From Candidatus Oxydemutatoraceae bacterium (GTDB lineage: Bacteria > Pseudomonadota > Gammaproteobacteria > Poriferisulfidales > Oxydemutatoraceae), in assembly GCA_965219575.1 (NCBI GenBank), contig OZ244779.1:268769-332768 (forward strand): 64,000 nt of DNA, given 5' to 3'. The position numbers and the translations under genes were made by a program. Under the pieces are notes generated by a model. That model worked only from the letters and a program-made list of their open reading frames with translations. It had not been told where the DNA came from and made no database searches. This document shows, piece by piece, positions 60,167 through 64,000 of this stretch; positions within the stretch are counted from its first letter, which is position 1; each line of letters opens with the position of its first letter.

Positions 60167-60192
60167 ATTTTTTGAGGAGAAGGTATATCGGG

Positions 60193-60555
60193 AGAGGCGG
60201 TTGAAAAAGTATTGGCATCGCAAAAATCCAACCGCTTGCGCCATTTGGTTTTGGTTTCCATAAATTGGATGGATGAATGTATAAACATAGTACAAATACG
60301 GCACAACCACCCCGTCAGGCTACGCCTGCCACCCCTCCACAGGAGGGGAATGTACCGCCCCTAAGGTTCAATGTACCGCCCCTAAGGTTCGTGGATACTT
60401 TTTCAACAGTCCCACGAGACAACCACGCCATGGAAAGGTTTTACATTTTGTATTTATTCGAGGTTATGCACAATGTCACGCCGCTTGTGCTACTGCAACA
60501 AGTGGCGGTTCTATTTCGCCTGCCACCCCTACACAGGAGGGGAATGGTACACCCC
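60193..60555. mobile_element. MITE (about 60193-60413) plus hairpin modules
   Basis: Degenerate left TIR, right TIR TACTTTTTCAACAGTCCC, shared internal modules. Confidence 0.75.
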
Positions 60556-60642
60556 TACACAGGTCGGTTACATTGCGGTTCTATTTTTAAGCAGCTCCGG
60601 GTGACTGTTCGGGCAATGCCATGCGGTAAATTAACCGCACAC

Positions 60643-60855
60643 TCACATCGGCACAATGCCGTGGGGTTGTATCCAACCCATTCCATAGCTCAGCACCAGT
60701 AGGAAAAACACGATGATAGACAATATCACCCGCGCAGTTAAGGCATTGACGGTTTTTTTACCTCGCCCCTTGTCTTTCATCATGGAAAAGAGTGCCGCGC
60801 CTAGGCTTACGACAATTCCCACAAACAAGAATAAAAGAATTATTTTTACCCACAT
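60643..60855 (-). CDS. Twin transmembrane helix small protein (DUF2909)
   Basis: SLG.AL..M.KD, ALT.RV.LS, GWIQPH. Confidence 0.88.
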   Translation of the reverse strand: MWVKIILLFLFVGIVVSLGAALFSMMKDKGRGKKTVNALTARVILSIIVFFLLVLSYGMGWIQPHGIVPM

Positions 60856-60903
60856 GATGTATCAAACATAGCAATTACCATACTTATATTATACTATCTC
60901 ATC

Positions 60904-61632
60904 ATGAAATTAGGTCATTATCAGTTTTCTCCACCGCTTTTGGTACTTTTATCGGCTATATTTTTGTCTGCGCTTTTTGCCGGCTTGGGTCGGTGGCAGA
61001 TCGATCGCATGTATCAAAAAGAGGAGATTATTGCGCAGTATCAGCAAAGGCAAGCTGCGCCTGCAATCGATAAACTGCCTCCGGCAACCGCCGATTTGGA
61101 AGAGTGGCGTTATCGTCAGGTACAGCTCGACGGGCGACTGCTTGCCGAGCGGCAGTTTCTGTTGGACAACCAGATCTCGGGCGGACGGGTCGGCTTCAAT
61201 GTACTGACACCGATGGCGTTGGAAGACGGCAGCACAGTGTTGGTTGACCGAGGCTGGGTTGCTATGGGTGCTCGGCGTGAGGACCTGCCCGATGTGCGTC
61301 TGACTACCGACCCCGAGACGATAACCGGCACGATTTATGTGCCGTTCGGAGAACCGTTTGCGCTCGGTAGTGCGACGATCGGCGAGGTTGGTTGGCCGCG
61401 CATCGTTCAATATCTAGACTTCAAGGCACTCGGTGATTTATTGGGAACCTCGCTTTTGCCTATGGTTGTGCGTCTGTCTCCACAACAAGCGGGGGGTTAT
61501 AAAAGAGAATGGTCTCTTATTGCCATGTCGGCCGATAAGCACTTGGCTTATGCAGTGCAATGGTTCGCACTGGCAGCGGTGCCGGTGATTTTGCTGTTGG
61601 TGCTCAACATCAAACGGAACGATGAACGATAA
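60904..61632 (+). CDS. SURF1 family protein
   Basis: LG.WQ..R, LLDNQ, VLVDRGWV, H..YA.QWF. Confidence 0.92.
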   Translation: MKLGHYQFSPPLLVLLSAIFLSALFAGLGRWQIDRMYQKEEIIAQYQQRQAAPAIDKLPPATADLEEWRYRQVQLDGRLLAERQFLLDNQISGGRVGFNVLTPMALEDGSTVLVDRGWVAMGARREDLPDVRLTTDPETITGTIYVPFGEPFALGSATIGEVGWPRIVQYLDFKALGDLLGTSLLPMVVRLSPQQAGGYKREWSLIAMSADKHLAYAVQWFALAAVPVILLLVLNIKRNDER

Positions 61633-62218
61633 GCGATTATCGCGCCTGAAGTTGATCGGCATATTTTCTGCATTTGCCGGCCCCTTATTGATTGCGTCGG
61701 TGCTTTATTTCGGGCAAGGGTGGTTTGAATTCGGTTCTACCGAGCGCGGTCAGTTGTTGTCATCCGGGCAGACTCTCGATTCCGAAGATTTTAATTTAAT
61801 AAAGGATGATCAAACAAGCGATGCAAATGGCGCACCGTTGCTCGACGGTCGTTGGTTACTAGTGTTTCACGGCAGCCGAGCGTGTAATCTTTATTGTCAA
61901 GCGAGCCTATTCAAGATGCGTCAGGCGAGATTGGTGCTGGGGCGCGATGCCGCCCGCGTGCGCATCGTCTATTTGCTTGCCGATGCACAGCAACCCGATA
62001 CAGAGCTAAACCGATTATTGCTTCAATATCCGGCACTTTCGGTGTATCGGATAGAAGATACCGCAGATGTGCGCGCACAAGCACCGCAATTTCGACAAAA
62101 CCAAGTTTATATTGCAGATCCTTTCGGCAATTTGGTCATGTTTTACCTACCCGATGCTTATTCGCGAGACATCATCAAGGACTTTAAGCGTCTACTGAAA
62201 GCCTCCAAAATCGGTTAA
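61622..62218 (+). CDS. Thioredoxin-fold (SCO-like) membrane-anchored oxidase assembly protein
   Basis: N-terminal TM, C...C, RQ.R..LG....R, DP.GN..M.Y, D.KRLLK.S.IG. Confidence 0.7.
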   Translation: MNDKRLSRLKLIGIFSAFAGPLLIASVLYFGQGWFEFGSTERGQLLSSGQTLDSEDFNLIKDDQTSDANGAPLLDGRWLLVFHGSRACNLYCQASLFKMRQARLVLGRDAARVRIVYLLADAQQPDTELNRLLLQYPALSVYRIEDTADVRAQAPQFRQNQVYIADPFGNLVMFYLPDAYSRDIIKDFKRLLKASKIG

Positions 62219-63198
62219 TGAATACATCTTATTTCTTAAAGGGTGTTGGTGTCGCATTGGTGCTGACAATGCTGGTTATCGTATTGGGGGCGTATACGCG
62301 CCTCAGCGATGCCGGATTGGGTTGCCCCGATTGGCCGGGGTGCTACGGGCAGTTGCTGGGTGTGCCCGAGCAACCTGCCGAGATAGAACAAGCCGAACAG
62401 GCTTACCCCGGTTGGCGCGTCGAGGTTGATAAGGCATGGATTGAAATGGTACATCGCTACTTTGCCGGCGGGTTGGGTTTAATCATCCTAGCACTAACCG
62501 TATTCGCATTTATCAAAGCCAAGCACCGCCGAGGCTTAATGCTGTTTCTGCTCGGCTTGGTCACCTTCCAAGCACTGCTGGGCATGTGGACGGTCACTTT
62601 GTTATTGCAACCACTCGTCGTTGTTGCCCATTTACTGGGAGGCTTTACGGTGCTCTCATTATTGTGGTGGCTATACCTAGACCGATGGTTTGAACCGAAG
62701 CAGGCAACCGTTCACAACAAAGCCTTTTATAAAATTACTTTAGTCGCATTGGTTTTGTTGGTTATGCAAATCACACTCGGCGGATGGACCAGTTCCAATT
62801 ATGCGGCACTCGCCTGTATCGATTTTCCGCTATGTCAGGGTTTATGGGTACCCGATGCCGATTATCGTGGGGGATTTCAATTTTTGGTTGACGAACAAAA
62901 CTATGAATACGGTGTGTTGGATAGCCCGCAACGCACCGCAATACACTTTTCTCACCGCTTGGGCGCATTGATTGTCACGGTGTTCTTTGTGGTGTTCTTG
63001 GCAAAACTATTCGCTCAAGGCTCGGCACTCGTGCGGCGGGTTGCACTAGGCATTGCGTCCCTGCTGGTTGTTCAAATCATGCTGGGCATTTCAAATATCG
63101 TATTTTCTTTGCCGTTGGCTGTTGCGGTCTTGCATAATGCGGTCGCCGCACTATTACTTTTATCGTTATTGCTCTTATTGCGCGTGCTAAAATCATAA
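62218..63198 (+). CDS. ctaA: Haem A synthase (Cox15/CtaA)
   Basis: GLGCPDWPGC.G, EM.HR, ALAC.DFP.C. Confidence 0.92.
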   Translation: MNTSYFLKGVGVALVLTMLVIVLGAYTRLSDAGLGCPDWPGCYGQLLGVPEQPAEIEQAEQAYPGWRVEVDKAWIEMVHRYFAGGLGLIILALTVFAFIKAKHRRGLMLFLLGLVTFQALLGMWTVTLLLQPLVVVAHLLGGFTVLSLLWWLYLDRWFEPKQATVHNKAFYKITLVALVLLVMQITLGGWTSSNYAALACIDFPLCQGLWVPDADYRGGFQFLVDEQNYEYGVLDSPQRTAIHFSHRLGALIVTVFFVVFLAKLFAQGSALVRRVALGIASLLVVQIMLGISNIVFSLPLAVAVLHNAVAALLLLSLLLLLRVLKS

Positions 63199-63242
63199 AG
63201 AATTATACAGATAACTTGACAAATAAATGTTAAATTATATCA

Positions 63243-64000
63243 ATGAAAACTCATAGAATAACCAGATACTGTTTGTACCCGGCGACCTATGAAAAGCATC
63301 AGCAATTACATGGAACTGCCGGAGCATGTCGTCATGTTTGGAATCACTTTGTAGCTAAGTTAAAGGACGAATACGAGTATTGCGGCGAGAGCCGGTTTAG
63401 CTTTTTCACCATAGGCAAGCAATTTACGACATTGCGAAAGCATTGCGACAAGTGGTTGCAAGGTTATTCCGCTTATATCGTGAAATCATCATTACAACCG
63501 ATAGAAATAGCATACAAAGGATTTTTCAAAGGCAACAACGGATTGCCGAAGTTTCACGGCAAATATACGCATAGCCCGTCTTTCCCGATCAATTATCAAT
63601 CGGCAAAACTATCGGGTTGTCACTTGTATATACAGAAAGTCGGCTGGATGAAGTTTGCCGGTGGCGATAGGTATCAAGGTGAGAAGTTTGTATCGGGTCA
63701 AGTGAAGTATGAGTGCGGTCATTGGTATGCATATATTTGTTATGAAGTAGAGCTAGCGGACAAACTGCACATGCTAAAGGAAGTGGGTTTGGATAGGAAT
63801 GTGGGGCAGATAGCATTGTCGGATGGAACACTGTATCACTTACCCGACTTAAAGCGTAAGGAAGCAAGGCGTAGGCGTTATCAACGAATGGTTGCTAGAC
63901 GGGTCAAGGGGAGCAACAGACGCAAGCTAGCGAAGTATAGATTACAGAAAGCGTATCAAGCGGAGCGATTTGCGAGGGCGAATTGGTGTCATCAAACCAG
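63243..64000 (+). mobile_element. tnpB: TnpB RNA-guided nuclease (IS200/IS605 superfamily), partial, runs off the window
   Basis: Manual translation open from ATG 63243: AGACRHVWN, FF....PKF, KVGW.K, WY, GLDRNV (RuvC-I), KGSNRRK; no tnpA upstream. Confidence 0.88.

Overview
Chromosomal window of a sulfur-oxidising gammaproteobacterium (soxYZ, aa3-type cox operon, cytochrome c4). It is probably origin-proximal: dnaA-dnaN, a perfect DnaA box and two parS sites are present. Host association is an inference from the T3SS and the adhesin-like and glycan-modifying gene expansions. The housekeeping backbone (lptM-lysA, rppH, hemJ, rplM-rpsI-rplU-rpmA-obgE-proB, rpsT, dnaX, ffs, thiDE, dsbA, cca, uppP, folM/K/B, dprA, cox) carries several accessory features. 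(i) A partial type III secretion operon (sctF-I-J-K-L-chaperone-N-O-P) has a membrane RsbU-phosphatase/RsbW-kinase fusion embedded in it. (ii) Four secreted proteins from two unrelated families all end in the same I-R-[T/S]-K-V-F-L-E-G-P-L-Q-stop tail, a candidate undescribed C-terminal sorting or docking tag. (iii) There is an expanded family of fucosyltransferase-like GT-B proteins. (iv) An abundant MITE family (TIR GGGGCTGTTGAAAAAG, 5-bp target duplications) has interiors built from shuffled and nested hairpin modules; one copy appears split around the adhesin-like gene triplet. (v) A two-methyltransferase/one-nuclease R-M cassette and a solo tnpB sit in or next to the cox cluster. All family calls are from motif recognition by eye; no database searches were run.
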